Source: TPA_inf: Saccharomyces (lineage: Eukaryota). Taken from it: a stretch of DNA of 64,000 bases. Both the position numbers and the translations under genes were made by a program. Shown here in pieces: positions 9,057 to 20,656 of this stretch (position 1 is its first letter; each line of letters starts with the position of its first letter). The notes beneath the pieces are model-generated. The model worked only from the letters and a program-made list of their open reading frames with translations, made no database searches and was not told the origin of the DNA. The stretch spans positions 224,001-288,000 of the forward strand of contig BK006942.2 of NCBI GenBank assembly GCA_000146045.2, given 5' to 3'.

Positions 9057-11474
9057 TTATTGCTTTTCGAATTCTAATACAAACCGCCTCATCAAAGTAG
9101 GTTCGCGATCCACACCGTTGGCCTCCATGTTACGGCGGTATTCATGTAACATTTCCGTAGCCTGTTGTACGATCTTCTTTCTTTCTGAGCTACTCACATC
9201 TTTCCTACACTTCAATATTCCTACCAGTAAATCTATGCGCGAGTCCCAGTATACTTCAAGATACTTTTGCCAAATATCTAATATGCTATCTATCGGCTCA
9301 CAGCTTAGGTCCATGAAGAACTCCATTACAGTAAAATTTTGTGTAATTAGCGTATCCTTGCTTTCATTACCATCCAGCACCTTGACAAAGAGCTGATAAA
9401 AAATTTCAAAATCCCTCTTCATCGCCTCTAAAAACTTATTGTTTTTGTTTTTGAATGAATGCTCGAACGATAAAGCAGTCAAAAATTTTATAATTGTCTC
9501 ACCAATAACATTGTCTATGAAGTTCACGAACAGCACAGAATTCATCTGAGGTTTGATATCCAAAAGATATTCATCTAGTGTGTCCGCAATTTGCTGCGCT
9601 TGGCTCCCCATATACCATGTCTTGCTAAAAATCTCTTGGTAGGGTTTTCTCAGATCATCGAACATCAATGTGATTAGGCCTAAAGAACTGCACTGAGCAA
9701 CTTCAGCAAAACCATCTAAAGTGCCCTCCAAGTGATTTGTAATTTGCTTCTCATAAACTTTAGAAACCAGTTTACCATACTTGGATGAAATGGCAACGGC
9801 ATAGTCCGCAGCTTTCATTTGGTCGTTTGATACAGCAATTAAGTATTCCACCAAACCTCCTGGACACTCATCTTCAGGAGTTATACTCTCTGGATCTATA
9901 TCATACTTGTGATTGTAATTGATTTGCTTTTTGATTTCTTCACTTATTTTAGAAATCCAGTTTTTTTGCCTCTTTGTTAGTAGATCACTGAACCTTTCAA
10001 CCACACCCACAAGTATTTTGGCCTGATTAGTACCTGCAGCCACTTCCACTTGCTGTGTAAACATTTGAAAACAAGTCTTAGTACCATCAAGAAAAAGCAA
10101 TCCATCTGAATCAGAATGTGGCGGGGTACTTCTTTCCAAGAATACATCAAATTCTGCTTTTTCTAAATTACCTATCCACTCGGTCATTTTAACCACTATC
10201 AAATTCAAATAGTCTTTAAATAGTGTTTCCTTTTCTTTATCGCCGATGACAGATTTGACTTCGCTTTTGGTAAATCCAAAATCTTGCTTAAGTGTATCTT
10301 GAAACGTCTTATCGAATGCAAGAATATCAAGAATAATAATGGTCTCGGGTTCGGACTCCACGAGATCCGTAATTAATGAATGCAATTCCTTATAGTATTG
10401 GTCAAAGTATACTTCAAATATGTTCCAATGTGGTGGACAGCAGTTGGCAATATGTTCCTTTACAATAATCAATTCGTTGAAAATCCAATCCATGTTATCA
10501 AGAACATCAAATTTTTGATCACCAACGTATTTTTCTCTCATTTCACCAAACATTTCAGAAATGGAATTATTTATACCATTTATTAGAAAATGCTTGTAAC
10601 CTCGAGGTGCTGTTCTTGTTGAGATGGTACCGCTCATTATTTCTTGGTATAATCCCTTGTTTGTCGGATATTCTATAACTTTGGGTGTCTCATCTTGTAA
10701 CCTTGCGGTGTTTTTGCTATTTGGAAGTTTTTTAATTGAGGATTTTTCTATTTCAATTTCTTTCTTCTTGATTATATTTCTGATAGCTTCAATTCTCAAA
10801 TCTTCCCTTTCTTCTAGGTCATAAATTTTAAAAAGTCGAATTGCTAAAGATATTTGCTCAGCTCTGGCCATTTCTACAATATCGTAAGTTAAGCCGTCCA
10901 GCAATTTATCAAATTTTGATATTATTCCGGATAATCTTGAAAACAATTTCATGACTGTACGTTGTGCATCTTCAGTTGCTTCTTTAGCCATAACAACAAC
11001 CTGCTCTTGAAAGTCGCGTGCTGAAGTTAATAGGAAATGAATTTCCAAAAGATGGGGACAACCAGTTTCCAGGGCATCTTCCGCTAATTCCGCCACTAAT
11101 AGTCTTTCTATATGCTCCATTAGTGCAACAAAGTTATATATTCGATCATAAATCGATGATGTCGTATTGACCGTTTCATAAAGTTTTGTGGCTCGGAAAA
11201 GTATATCATAACGATTAATTGCAAATCGATTATCATTACCCAATTTATTAACTTCATTGATTTGTTGTTTGATTGAAGTGACCGAATTTTTGGACAGATT
11301 CAGTAGTTTGAGGGATTCTTCGACTTCGCCATAGTATTTGTCTGATTCTTTATTCAATTGGTATTCTACAACGGATTTTTCTTTTAGCAACTGTTCCTTA
11401 ATATCTCGTACCCTTTCAAGTGATAGATCTCCCTTTATTAAATCACAAACTTGCTGCAAGGGATCTGAAGACAT
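9057..11474 (-). CDS. SEC6: SEC6, exocyst complex subunit
   Basis: 805-aa ORF with ATG verified. Recognised sequence and correct neighbourhood. Confidence 0.93.
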   Translation of the reverse strand: MSSDPLQQVCDLIKGDLSLERVRDIKEQLLKEKSVVEYQLNKESDKYYGEVEESLKLLNLSKNSVTSIKQQINEVNKLGNDNRFAINRYDILFRATKLYETVNTTSSIYDRIYNFVALMEHIERLLVAELAEDALETGCPHLLEIHFLLTSARDFQEQVVVMAKEATEDAQRTVMKLFSRLSGIISKFDKLLDGLTYDIVEMARAEQISLAIRLFKIYDLEEREDLRIEAIRNIIKKKEIEIEKSSIKKLPNSKNTARLQDETPKVIEYPTNKGLYQEIMSGTISTRTAPRGYKHFLINGINNSISEMFGEMREKYVGDQKFDVLDNMDWIFNELIIVKEHIANCCPPHWNIFEVYFDQYYKELHSLITDLVESEPETIIILDILAFDKTFQDTLKQDFGFTKSEVKSVIGDKEKETLFKDYLNLIVVKMTEWIGNLEKAEFDVFLERSTPPHSDSDGLLFLDGTKTCFQMFTQQVEVAAGTNQAKILVGVVERFSDLLTKRQKNWISKISEEIKKQINYNHKYDIDPESITPEDECPGGLVEYLIAVSNDQMKAADYAVAISSKYGKLVSKVYEKQITNHLEGTLDGFAEVAQCSSLGLITLMFDDLRKPYQEIFSKTWYMGSQAQQIADTLDEYLLDIKPQMNSVLFVNFIDNVIGETIIKFLTALSFEHSFKNKNNKFLEAMKRDFEIFYQLFVKVLDGNESKDTLITQNFTVMEFFMDLSCEPIDSILDIWQKYLEVYWDSRIDLLVGILKCRKDVSSSERKKIVQQATEMLHEYRRNMEANGVDREPTLMRRFVLEFEKQ

Positions 11475-11723
11475 CTTAGTAACTAGATACTTGATAATAT
11501 CTCTGCTCTCGGCCCAATTTTACTTCTTTTCCTGCTTCCCTACGGGTGTTCTTAAGGTGCACTAGTTGCTAGAGTTTACAGTATGTTTTCTTATTTTCCG
11601 ATCCCCAAAGCTCGGCAAGATTAAGAAAAAAAGGCTAGCTGTACATAAGATTAATAACATCGTATTAATGAATCTATCACTTCCAGGCCCATTCTATGTA
11701 TAGTATGTAAATATGTATTTAGA

Positions 11724-13760
11724 TTATGATACGCCTGGTTCAGGCTTTTGCCACATTCCGTTCGGCCACTGTAAAACTCCTGCATTCGTATAGTCACCTC
11801 TATTCGTTGGAGACCGTACAGAGGCACGAGCCACTCTTAAATACAAGTCTATTGTCCCGTTAGAGGCATCAAGAGCATCGTCCATCATTTGAGCAAGTGC
11901 TGGATTCTCCATCCGAAGAACATCGATACTCACAGTCTCATTCTTGCCTACGTACACTTCCACATCGTTCAAAAGTAATGAAAAACCGTCGATGTTTCCT
12001 ATTTGATCAATTACTGGATCAGTTGCATTTAGATGCCACGACAGAGAATGGTTTTGATCGTCGTTAAAATCCAGTATAGGTGGCTTCAAAGAAGCACCTG
12101 CTTCTCCTCTTAACAAGGCCGTATCTGTCTCAACTATGCTTGCAAAATCCCATCTTGCTACACCAGACAGAATTAACCCGACTAAAATTCCTTGGAACAG
12201 ATATGCAGATGATCCTCTCGTGGCACAGCCTGGAACCAGTATAGAACCTAAGATGTAGTGATGTATCCTCAAGTTCAGTCCCGGCAAAGATCCCAAAGCT
12301 ATTAATCCGCCAATGAAACAAATGTATATTTTAAAATACTTTTTGAATCTTCCTGATTTCCAGAGTGAATAAGCCTGTATAACTGCGCATGTAAGAATAG
12401 TGGCTGCAATAGATCCCACAGCAGTCAGTGCTCCAGCCTGCTCTTTCAAATCCGTCGTCGTAAGTCTATCAACAGGTAATCGGTCAAATGTGACATTATT
12501 TGAGATTCCCAACCAAAATGTGGGGTACCAAAGTATTACTTTTGCTATGGGCGATCCATTTTCTAGTGTTCTTTTCACCGCACTCTTCCAAACGACGTAT
12601 AAAACAAAGCATAAAGGTAAAAGTCTTTGAAATCCCACACTGAAAAGCTCATACACGCTAGCTGGGTCATGTGCATCCGTTAGTAATGGAGGGTCTAGAG
12701 ATAATACAAGAGTCCAATAGCCCACTATCGTGTTTATCCAGTACCCGTAAATACTGTCATACAAATAAAATATTGGCAGTCCAAAAAGCATATTCAATGC
12801 GACCACAGCTGCTCGAGGATCATAACAGCCCGACAGGATACCGCCTTGTATATCTCTGAATGAATATGAACCGGGAAAAAATGAATTGAATGCTACTGAA
12901 AACCCAGTGTTATACATTCCTTTTTTTGATGGAAAAGAATTTTGGGCCCCTTGCATAGAAACTTTGGTACAGCCACCGTAAAATGGTGAGATAACACCTG
13001 CATGTACTGCAGAGGCGCATGGAAACGAGTCACTTCTATAAGGGTAGGACACGACCATCGGGTCTTCTTCGCTAAACAGGGCACCTCCGCCAATTTCATA
13101 CCCTGTATATTTGACTCTCCTATTCCCTACGGCAATGGCGGAGTATGTCCATCCACCTCTATCACACAGTGCTGGACATCTGATCATGTATTCTTTATTA
13201 TCAAGTGGACCGCAGTTTTTAGCATTTAAACCACATTCGTTATTGGTACCCTCCCAGTTCAAGTAGGAATTGCAACTTAAAGACAATATAGGAATCTTTT
13301 CTGAGCCATCATTTGGATGGAAGTATGGCGGCTTGATAAGATAGGGGTATATGAGAGAATAAAAAATGCGCATCCAAAAGCAGCAGTACACAATCAGTAG
13401 CAACAGTCGTATCAACTTACTTGGTATTTTAGTTTTGAATGTAGTCTGCGGAAAATCATCTATCTTCTTCAGCCATCCCCAACGTTTAGGAAAGCTAGGC
13501 GGTTCGTCACTTGGCTCAACAGGGCCATTCCAAACTCTTTCAATAAACTTTTGTATAGGATGTTTCCTTTTTAATAGTAACCATTTTGACTTACTGTTTT
13601 CTCTCCCTTCTTCATCAAGCATACTTTCCATGTCTGTATTGGAAAAGTTCTGCAGTTGTATAGACTCAGTCACACGGTGCTGTCCATCGCAATCACTTGA
13701 AACGCCAGGGTCTGTGGCTTCCCACGTTGTGTTAGCATTATCATCAAAATGCACACCCAT
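11724..13760 (-). CDS. YIL067C, uncharacterised multi-pass membrane / secretory-pathway protein
   Basis: 678-aa ORF with ATG verified. Has hydrophobic segments and a Cys-rich lumenal-looking region. Confidence 0.85.
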   Translation of the reverse strand: MGVHFDDNANTTWEATDPGVSSDCDGQHRVTESIQLQNFSNTDMESMLDEEGRENSKSKWLLLKRKHPIQKFIERVWNGPVEPSDEPPSFPKRWGWLKKIDDFPQTTFKTKIPSKLIRLLLLIVYCCFWMRIFYSLIYPYLIKPPYFHPNDGSEKIPILSLSCNSYLNWEGTNNECGLNAKNCGPLDNKEYMIRCPALCDRGGWTYSAIAVGNRRVKYTGYEIGGGALFSEEDPMVVSYPYRSDSFPCASAVHAGVISPFYGGCTKVSMQGAQNSFPSKKGMYNTGFSVAFNSFFPGSYSFRDIQGGILSGCYDPRAAVVALNMLFGLPIFYLYDSIYGYWINTIVGYWTLVLSLDPPLLTDAHDPASVYELFSVGFQRLLPLCFVLYVVWKSAVKRTLENGSPIAKVILWYPTFWLGISNNVTFDRLPVDRLTTTDLKEQAGALTAVGSIAATILTCAVIQAYSLWKSGRFKKYFKIYICFIGGLIALGSLPGLNLRIHHYILGSILVPGCATRGSSAYLFQGILVGLILSGVARWDFASIVETDTALLRGEAGASLKPPILDFNDDQNHSLSWHLNATDPVIDQIGNIDGFSLLLNDVEVYVGKNETVSIDVLRMENPALAQMMDDALDASNGTIDLYLRVARASVRSPTNRGDYTNAGVLQWPNGMWQKPEPGVS

Positions 13761-14098
13761 TCAATTCAATGCTAAATGGTCTATCTCTCACAAGTCTAAT
13801 ACTGGTTGAATTGTGCCTTAGTTATTTATATAATTGAATGTATTTTGCGATTTTACACTCTTTACGGTATTTAGCTGTTTTCTTCTACACCCCAGAGTAA
13901 TTTTTTTGCGACGGTAAATCTGGAAAATAATCATAGAATACAATGAGAAAGAATGTAAAAGAAATAATTTTATTAGCGTACATGATTGTGTATATGTTTT
14001 GTTTAAAAAAGTTTATTTAAAAAAGGTCTTAATACATACTAACGAAAAGAAACCGCTCCAAGTTAGATAAGGAAAGGGAAAAATGCCACCAGAAAGAA

Positions 14099-16708
14099 TC
14101 AACCGGAACATGACTCACAAGCTTCTGGAGTAGGAGCAGTACAAGCAATCACCTTTTCATTGTAAATGTCACATTTCTTCTCGTCGGAATCTTCTTTTAT
14201 TGTTTCCGTTGGAACTGCTGGGGCAACACTATCTTCCAATTTCACATTTGACATGGCACTCGACACCGATGATTGTTCGGATGGAACTGGAGATGCATCC
14301 TTCTCATTATCTGAGCTTTCGGTAAGCGCAGATGCCGCCTTTTGTTCAGAGAATTTTGTACCCTTTGGAACATAAACTGGACGATCCAATTCTGAGACGG
14401 AAGCAATATGTGTAGCGGCTTGATCGGCAACCTCTTGATCAATGGTAAATTGAATAGCAGCGGAGGCGGCTTGCGTTCTTAAGTAGTACATACCAGTTTT
14501 TAAACCCTTCTTCCAACCGTAGAAATGCATACTAGTAATCTTACCCATTGATGGTGCTTGCAAGAAAAGATTCAAGGAATGAGACTGATCGATGTAGATG
14601 GCACGATCAGCAGCCATATTGATAATGGTCTTTTGAGAGATTTCCCAGACGGTTTTGTATAATTCCTTCAATTCTTGTGGCACATTTGGTAAGCCTTGAA
14701 TAGAACCATTTTGTGTAATTAGATATTGTTTCATACTATCATCCCAAATACCCAGGTCGACTAAATCACGTAGTAAATATGGATTAACAACTTGGAATTC
14801 ACCAGACAGGACACGACGAGAGTACATGTTTGAGGTCACTGGTTCGAAGCATTCATTATAACCAAGAATTTGGGAAGTTGAGGCGGTTGGCATTGGTGCC
14901 ATAGTCAAAGAGTTTCTTAACCCATGTTTAACAATGTCCTTTCTTAAGGTTTCCCAATCCCACATGCCAAATGGTTTAGCGTTCCACATATCGAATTGTA
15001 AAATACCCTTAGAAGCTGGAGAACCTTCAAAAGTAGAATATTTACCTTCTTTTTGGGCCAATTCACAGGAGGCTTCAAGAGTAGCATGGTAAATAGTTTC
15101 GAAGATTTGTTTGTTTAGAGTTTGAGCTTCTTCCGATTCAAAGGGTAGACGCAACATCATATAAGTATCGGCCAAACCCTGGACACCAAGAGCAATAGGT
15201 CTATGCTTCATATTTGAATTTCTAGCCTCGGGAACTGGATAGTAATTACGGTCGATAACTCTGTTCAAGTTGTGAGTAATGACTTTAGCAATCTCGTGTA
15301 ATCTCTCGAAATTATAGCTTGCAGTTTTACCATCTTCTGAAACCTCAACGAATGCTGGTAGGGCAATAGAAGCTAAATTACAAACTGCAGTTTCATCCGG
15401 GGAGGAATATTCGACGATTTCACAACATAAATTAGATGATTTGATAGTACCTAAGTTCTGTTGGTTTGTCTTCCTGTTACATGCGTCCTTATAAACCATG
15501 AAAGGTGTACCTGTTTCTGTCTGTGCTTGCAAAATGGCATACCACAACTTTTGGGCTTTAATTGTTTTACCACGACCTTCTCTTTCGTAACGAGTATATA
15601 GTTCTTCAAATTCATCACCCCACACATCATCTAAACCTGGGGCAGCACTGGGCGAAAACAAAGTCCAAGGCCCATCCTCTTGAACACGTTTCATGAAAAG
15701 ATCAGGGATCCATAGAGCAGGGAACAAATCTCTTGCACGAATTTCTTCCTTACCATGTGTTTTTCTGATATCGACAAAGTCGAAGATATCTGCATGCCAT
15801 GGCTCCAAGAAAAGGGCGAAAGCACCAGGTCTCTTGTTACCACCCTGGTCCACATAACGGGCAGTATTATTGAAAACACGAATCATAGGAATCAACCCGT
15901 TTGAAGTACCGTTGGTACCAGCGATATAAGAACCTGTGGAACGGATGTTGTTGATATGAAGACCAACACCACCTGCAGTTTTGGAAATCATAGCACATTC
16001 TTTCAAAGTATCATAAATACCTTCGATAGAGTCATCCTTCATGGCAATTAAGAAACATGAAGACATTTGAGGATGTGGCGTACCAGCGTTGAATAAAGTT
16101 GGGGAAGCGTGAGTGAAGTATCTTAACGACATCAAATTATAAGTCTTCAGCACAGATTCGATATCGCTACCATGGATACCTAGCGCCACACGCATTACCA
16201 AATGCTGAGGACGTTCTGCCACTTCACCGTTCAGTCTTAGCAAGTACGAACGCTCCAGTGTCTTGAATCCGAAATACGTATACTGGAAATCCCTATCGTA
16301 CACGATGGCCGAGTTCAAAGTATCTTTGTTTTCCATGACAATGTTGTAAATTTCGTCCGAAATCATAGGAGCATGCTTTCCAGTAGCTGGGTTAATCCAG
16401 TCGTGTAAATCCTCAATAACTTTGGAGAATTGCTTTGTGGTTTGCTTATGTAAGTTAGAGATGGCGATTCTAGCGGCTAGAGTGGCATAATCAGGGTGCA
16501 CAGTGGTCATGTATGCACATGTTTCAGCTGCAAGATTGTCCAGCTCAACGGTAGTAACACCGGAGTACACACCAGAAATAATACGTTGGGTTACCTTAAC
16601 AGCATCAATACGGTTTGGGTCTAAACCGTATGACAAACGGGTGATACGGGAGGTAATTTTATCGAATTGAACGGGCTCTTTGCGGCCGTCTCTTTTAATA
16701 ACGTACAT
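14099..16708 (-). CDS. RNR3: RNR3, DNA-damage-inducible ribonucleotide reductase large (R1) subunit
   Basis: Start placed at the conserved [18 protein letters not shown] (plus-strand cat at 16706-16708), giving 869 aa. The 926-aa tracked ORF begins at a GTG. The C-terminal CxxC tail is present. RNR3 is told apart from RNR1 by specific residues (MYVIK, ...EACESCSG). Confidence 0.93.
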
Positions 16709-16962
16709 TTGTGTGGGAGTATTTGATTTATTGCTGCTGCTATTCTTGCTTGTCATATTTATTTCAACTTGGATATGAGATGAGAGAAAGGCAAGGAAGA
16801 AGGCAAAAGAAGGCAAAATAGCAGTGCGTTTATATACGTTTTGCAGCAGAACACGAAACAATATAAAGAACGCTGACACGAAAAACGAAACGCGTCAGCA
16901 TCTCACAATACAGTATTACGATTTAACAATAGACTATTGTTTTTTTCCCATCTTGTCGTTTG

Positions 16963-17089
16963 GTCCTCGCCATGGCAACCGGGTTTTTGCCCCTTTGAGC
17001 AGCGCCTAGGTGTCGTTGCTGCGACAACCACGAAAAAAAAAAAAAAAAAAAAACAAAAGAACAACGGCACGCAATGTTGCTGTGACAAC
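16963..17089. promoter_or_regulatory. RNR3 damage-response (Crt1/RFX) X-box cluster. Strong site tcGCCATGGCAAC at 16967-16979. Two weaker sites: GTTGCTGCGACAAC at 17015-17028 and GTTGCTGTGACAAC at 17076-17089. An A22 tract lies between them (17034-17056).
   Basis: Three RFX-type palindromic motifs lie 260-380 bp upstream of the RNR3 ATG. This matches the known one-strong, two-weak X-box architecture. Confidence 0.65.
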
Positions 17090-17307
17090 CGTAGGCAGAT
17101 AACTTGGCTTTTTTTACTACTTTAGGAAAATTAGCAGCCAAGAACGAGGGCTTGCTCTGCTACCTAGTTCAAACTGAAACAAGCCTTCACTTTCTTTTCT
17201 TTTCTTTTTTTTTTTATCTAACAACTGAAGATTAAATGATAAATGTTTACGCGTGCGTGCGATTCATTCTTATGTATGTACGTATGTGCTGATTTTTTAT
17301 GTGCTTG

Positions 17308-17775
17308 TTACCTTCTCTTGTTTCTTAAGAAGAAACTAGCCACGGCCACAGCGCCGGCTAGTACGCCTCCAGCGACGACAACACCCTTGAGTGTTTCCTT
17401 CTGGATCTTATCCTCTACCATACTCTTCAAAGCGCCCACCTGCTTGTTATTACGCTCATGCTCAAATAAAGTGTCTACATATCTCTTCGCCATAGAGTAT
17501 TCACCGAGTTTGTAGCAACCTATGGTCAGATAATATAGGCATTCTCGTCTACGGGACTCGGCCTCTTTGTAAATGTCTGTGAGGATTTTCACACCAAGCC
17601 TTTCGTCATTCACGTCAGTGGATTTGATCAGCCCCCATGCGTAGTTAAACCTTGACTGTATGGTAGCGGTGGGCCCCCCCTCGGAGACGACTTGCTGGCG
17701 CAGAATCTCCAGCTGCTGCGGATAGAGTGGTTCGTATGCGTCCTTAAGAGTTGGCCAAAAATCTACTTTGGTCAT
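17308..17775 (-). CDS. FIS1: FIS1, tail-anchored mitochondrial fission TPR protein
   Basis: 155-aa ORF with ATG verified and a C-terminal TM segment followed by basic residues. Confidence 0.93.
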   Translation of the reverse strand: MTKVDFWPTLKDAYEPLYPQQLEILRQQVVSEGGPTATIQSRFNYAWGLIKSTDVNDERLGVKILTDIYKEAESRRRECLYYLTIGCYKLGEYSMAKRYVDTLFEHERNNKQVGALKSMVEDKIQKETLKGVVVAGGVLAGAVAVASFFLRNKRR

Positions 17776-17942
17776 ACTTATGTTGTATGGCTGTGCTCTG
17801 ATCTGTGCTTCTATGTGCCGTTTTTACGCAAGGTATATGATAACTTCTGTGCAGAATAGTGGCAATGGCAGCTTTGCTTTGAAAGGGGTCCAGCCTAGCC
17901 CGCTTGCGGTGTTCCGGCATAAATGCGCAAAAAGATTGGTTC

Positions 17943-18716
17943 ATGAAAAGAAGTGAAAAAAAATCGATGAGCTCAGCTCTTAAGAACGGTATTATGGAAC
18001 GAACTCAACCCGAAAAGGTAGTACAGATGCAGGGCACGGCAGATTTGAGCACTTCGAAACTTGGTACGAAAAAATACTGGGATGAACTGTATGCCCTGGA
18101 GCTGGAGAATTTCAGGCGGAATCCGCAGGATACCGGGGACTGTTGGTTTAGCGATAGCGATGCTGAACAAAAGATGATTGATTTTCTGGTAGATAACATT
18201 GGTGCGTACAGAATTTCTGAGAATGCTTCTGTTGTAGACCTCGGTACAGGTAATGGACACATGTTATTTGAACTGCATCAAACGGAATTCCAAGGGAAAC
18301 TGGTCGGGATAGACTATTCTGAGGAAAGCGTCAAACTCGCTAGTAATATAGCCGAGGCCACCGGTGTTGACAATTTCATCAGTTTCCAGCAAGCAGACAT
18401 CTTTAGTGGTGACTGGAAGCCGGGAAAGTATGACATTGTGTTGGATAAAGGGACCCTAGATGCCATTTCATTGAGTGGCATGAAGATCAACGGTAAACTT
18501 GATGTAGTCGATGTATACGCCGGAGTAGTGGAAAGGATTTTGAAAAAAGACGGTATTTTCTTGATCACTTCTTGTAATTTCACACAAGATGAACTAGTAA
18601 AGATCATAGAGACTGATAATTTGAAAATGTGGAAAACAATAAAATACCCTGTTTTCCAATTTGGCGGGGTCCAGGGTGCGACCATATGTAGTGTAGCATT
18701 TGTTAAACAAAACTGA
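17943..18716 (+). CDS. EFM4: EFM4/SEE1, SAM-dependent lysine methyltransferase (eEF1A). Motif I is VVDLGTGNG.
   Basis: ATG at 17943 gives 257 aa. The tracked ORF has an in-frame ATG 13 codons upstream at 17904. Confidence 0.85.
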   Translation: MKRSEKKSMSSALKNGIMERTQPEKVVQMQGTADLSTSKLGTKKYWDELYALELENFRRNPQDTGDCWFSDSDAEQKMIDFLVDNIGAYRISENASVVDLGTGNGHMLFELHQTEFQGKLVGIDYSEESVKLASNIAEATGVDNFISFQQADIFSGDWKPGKYDIVLDKGTLDAISLSGMKINGKLDVVDVYAGVVERILKKDGIFLITSCNFTQDELVKIIETDNLKMWKTIKYPVFQFGGVQGATICSVAFVKQN

Positions 18717-18760
18717 TTTGTTTTTATCTTTGATTTATTTTTAACGTTATTTCTCTTTAC

Positions 18761-19744
18761 TTATTTAGGAACGGATTTAACTATAATGTTATACAATTCA
18801 TCCGTGGTTTCCTTCTTACCAGTCTTTATGGCGTACTGTGCAGGATCACCGTTATCATCTACTGCTAGTAATCTTATGAATTTTTCGCTTTGCAAAGAAC
18901 CTGTAAATCCTTTTTGCACAGTGAACCCCTTGACCAGTTGGATGTTTAAAATGACTTTTAAGATACCACGAGACCTCATAACAATACGCGTCTTCTCGAC
19001 GTCGTCCTTACTTTTATTGATTTTGATGATACCAACACCTCTTTCCTTCCAGCCTTCTTTTATGTTGGAAAGTTGGTACAGCTTCGCATTGACTTGATAT
19101 ATGCACTCCTCAGACTCTTCACCAGACTTGACTTCCTGTTTCTGCAATTTGAGGGGTTTTGGTTTGTCTTTTGTATCTTCTGAGGCATTCGCTAGTTGTT
19201 CAGATCCACTATGGACTTTATCTTTGTCAACATCAGTAGCTTTCTTTTCACTTTCAGAGTTATTTTCTGTTTTGTTTTTCAGTATGTTGAAGCCGCTGCC
19301 AAATGATAAACCTGAACCAAATGCAAATGGCTTCTTTGTTTTGCTGTCAGAGGCTGGTAAACTTTCAGTACTGGTAGTTGCATCTCCATCTTTCGTGTCC
19401 TTTTTGGCAACACCAAACCCAGTTCCAAATTTAGATGCGGCACCAAACACGAATTTATCCTCCTTTTTGTCATCTTCCACAATACCAGATTCTACGGTCT
19501 TTCCGTCGTCAACCTTGATCTTCTTATGCGATGGTTCTTGGTCTTTTTTACCTTCCTCCTTTTTCTCCTCATCATTTTTATTGGGTGCTTCTGATTTGTC
19601 ACTCGTTTCTTCCGCTTGTTCATCCTGATCTTTTTCCCTCGGTCTCTTAGGAGTTCCATCTAGTTTATCGATAGGATTTTCAACTGCAGTTTGTTTCACC
19701 TCAGAATTTTCCCTGGCTGCATTGCCACCATTGGTCTCACTCAT
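18761..19744 (-). CDS. YRB2: YRB2, nuclear Ran-binding protein with FG repeats (FGxGF) and a C-terminal RanBD
   Basis: 327-aa ORF with ATG verified. Confidence 0.92.
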   Translation of the reverse strand: MSETNGGNAARENSEVKQTAVENPIDKLDGTPKRPREKDQDEQAEETSDKSEAPNKNDEEKKEEGKKDQEPSHKKIKVDDGKTVESGIVEDDKKEDKFVFGAASKFGTGFGVAKKDTKDGDATTSTESLPASDSKTKKPFAFGSGLSFGSGFNILKNKTENNSESEKKATDVDKDKVHSGSEQLANASEDTKDKPKPLKLQKQEVKSGEESEECIYQVNAKLYQLSNIKEGWKERGVGIIKINKSKDDVEKTRIVMRSRGILKVILNIQLVKGFTVQKGFTGSLQSEKFIRLLAVDDNGDPAQYAIKTGKKETTDELYNIIVKSVPK

Positions 19745-19997
19745 GCTCTCAAAGTTTATGCGTACTTGTTTTGTGCAAATTGATTTGTTGACATTTTGGT
19801 TTGAGTAGCAACTGAGCTTTTTAAAATCCAGGCATTTATATCTTCAACCTCGCCAAACAATGTCAATTTTTTTAAAAAAAAACTCAATACCTACATCACC
19901 GCGAAATGCCTGAAGTAAAAGCATATAACAAACGCGACCCTTAAAATTACGTATATATATGTATATTTCTTTATACTAAGTTTTACTGGGCAGAGTA

Positions 19998-20462
19998 TCA
20001 TACAGTTCTTCTATCCGATATATAATGAACGATAGGTGTGACACCACTGACTTGAGTAATTCTTTCCAGCCACGCAAGCAAGACACCCCCTTGTTTCTGG
20101 CCCTGAGGTACGGACATTCCTTTGTAGAGATACTTTACCAGCACGTCCCTCTGAGAATCACTCAAATTTTTGATTACATTACCAATATCGGCTTGCCTGA
20201 CTTGTGTCAATGCTTCAAGGACGCTCTTAAAATATTGCTCCTTTGTTGGAGCATCTGCACTGTATGGAGGATCGGTTGTGAGTAATTGAACGGCTCCCAA
20301 AGAGTCACCACTTGTGGCAAGCGAGCGCAATTGATTCATTCGAGGTTGTAATTCTTGTAATGTGACAGTAGTTTCGTATGGTGGTACCAGATCGGCAGCG
20401 GTTAGTCTGCCACTCTCTGGATCAAATGCATCGATGTCAATTCTCCTCCAATCGGCTTCCAT
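19998..20462 (-). CDS. ARC15: ARC15, Arp2/3 complex 15-kDa subunit
   Basis: 154-aa ORF with ATG verified. Confidence 0.92.
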   Translation of the reverse strand: MEADWRRIDIDAFDPESGRLTAADLVPPYETTVTLQELQPRMNQLRSLATSGDSLGAVQLLTTDPPYSADAPTKEQYFKSVLEALTQVRQADIGNVIKNLSDSQRDVLVKYLYKGMSVPQGQKQGGVLLAWLERITQVSGVTPIVHYISDRRTV

Positions 20463-20656
20463 TGCTTGATCGTTCGCGTGTGTTGTGTTGAGTCTTCTCT
20501 GGTCTCCTTTGCTATAGTATCTTGTGTTAAATGCGGGCTGTTTTTCTCTTATTTTGTTATAGGGGCAAAGTCTGAGAAAGGGAAAAAAGTATCCAAATTA
20601 ACTGATGTGCGGGTAATCATAGACAACAAGTAGCAGAGTTTAAGTATTACTTATAT

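Noticed and set aside
14099-16879. N-terminally extended ORF versions, where the track 'M' is actually GTG or TTG. Cases: RNR3 926 aa, CBR1 378 aa, NEO1 1159 aa, PKP1 403 aa, APQ12 143 aa, SNP1 301 aa.
   Set aside because: I checked the start codon in the sequence, for example gtg at 37413, ttg at 21562 and gtg at 52319. The first conserved ATG reproduces the known protein N-termini and lengths. The CBR1 extension would overlap the PKP1 3' end.
17034-17056. Homopolymer runs: A22 (17034-17056), T25 (21963-21990), A17 (43866-43887), A13 (30005-30017)
   Set aside because: These are ordinary poly(dA:dT) promoter and terminator elements in yeast. They are not mobile-element poly-A tails, because no flanking TSD or retro-element body is present.
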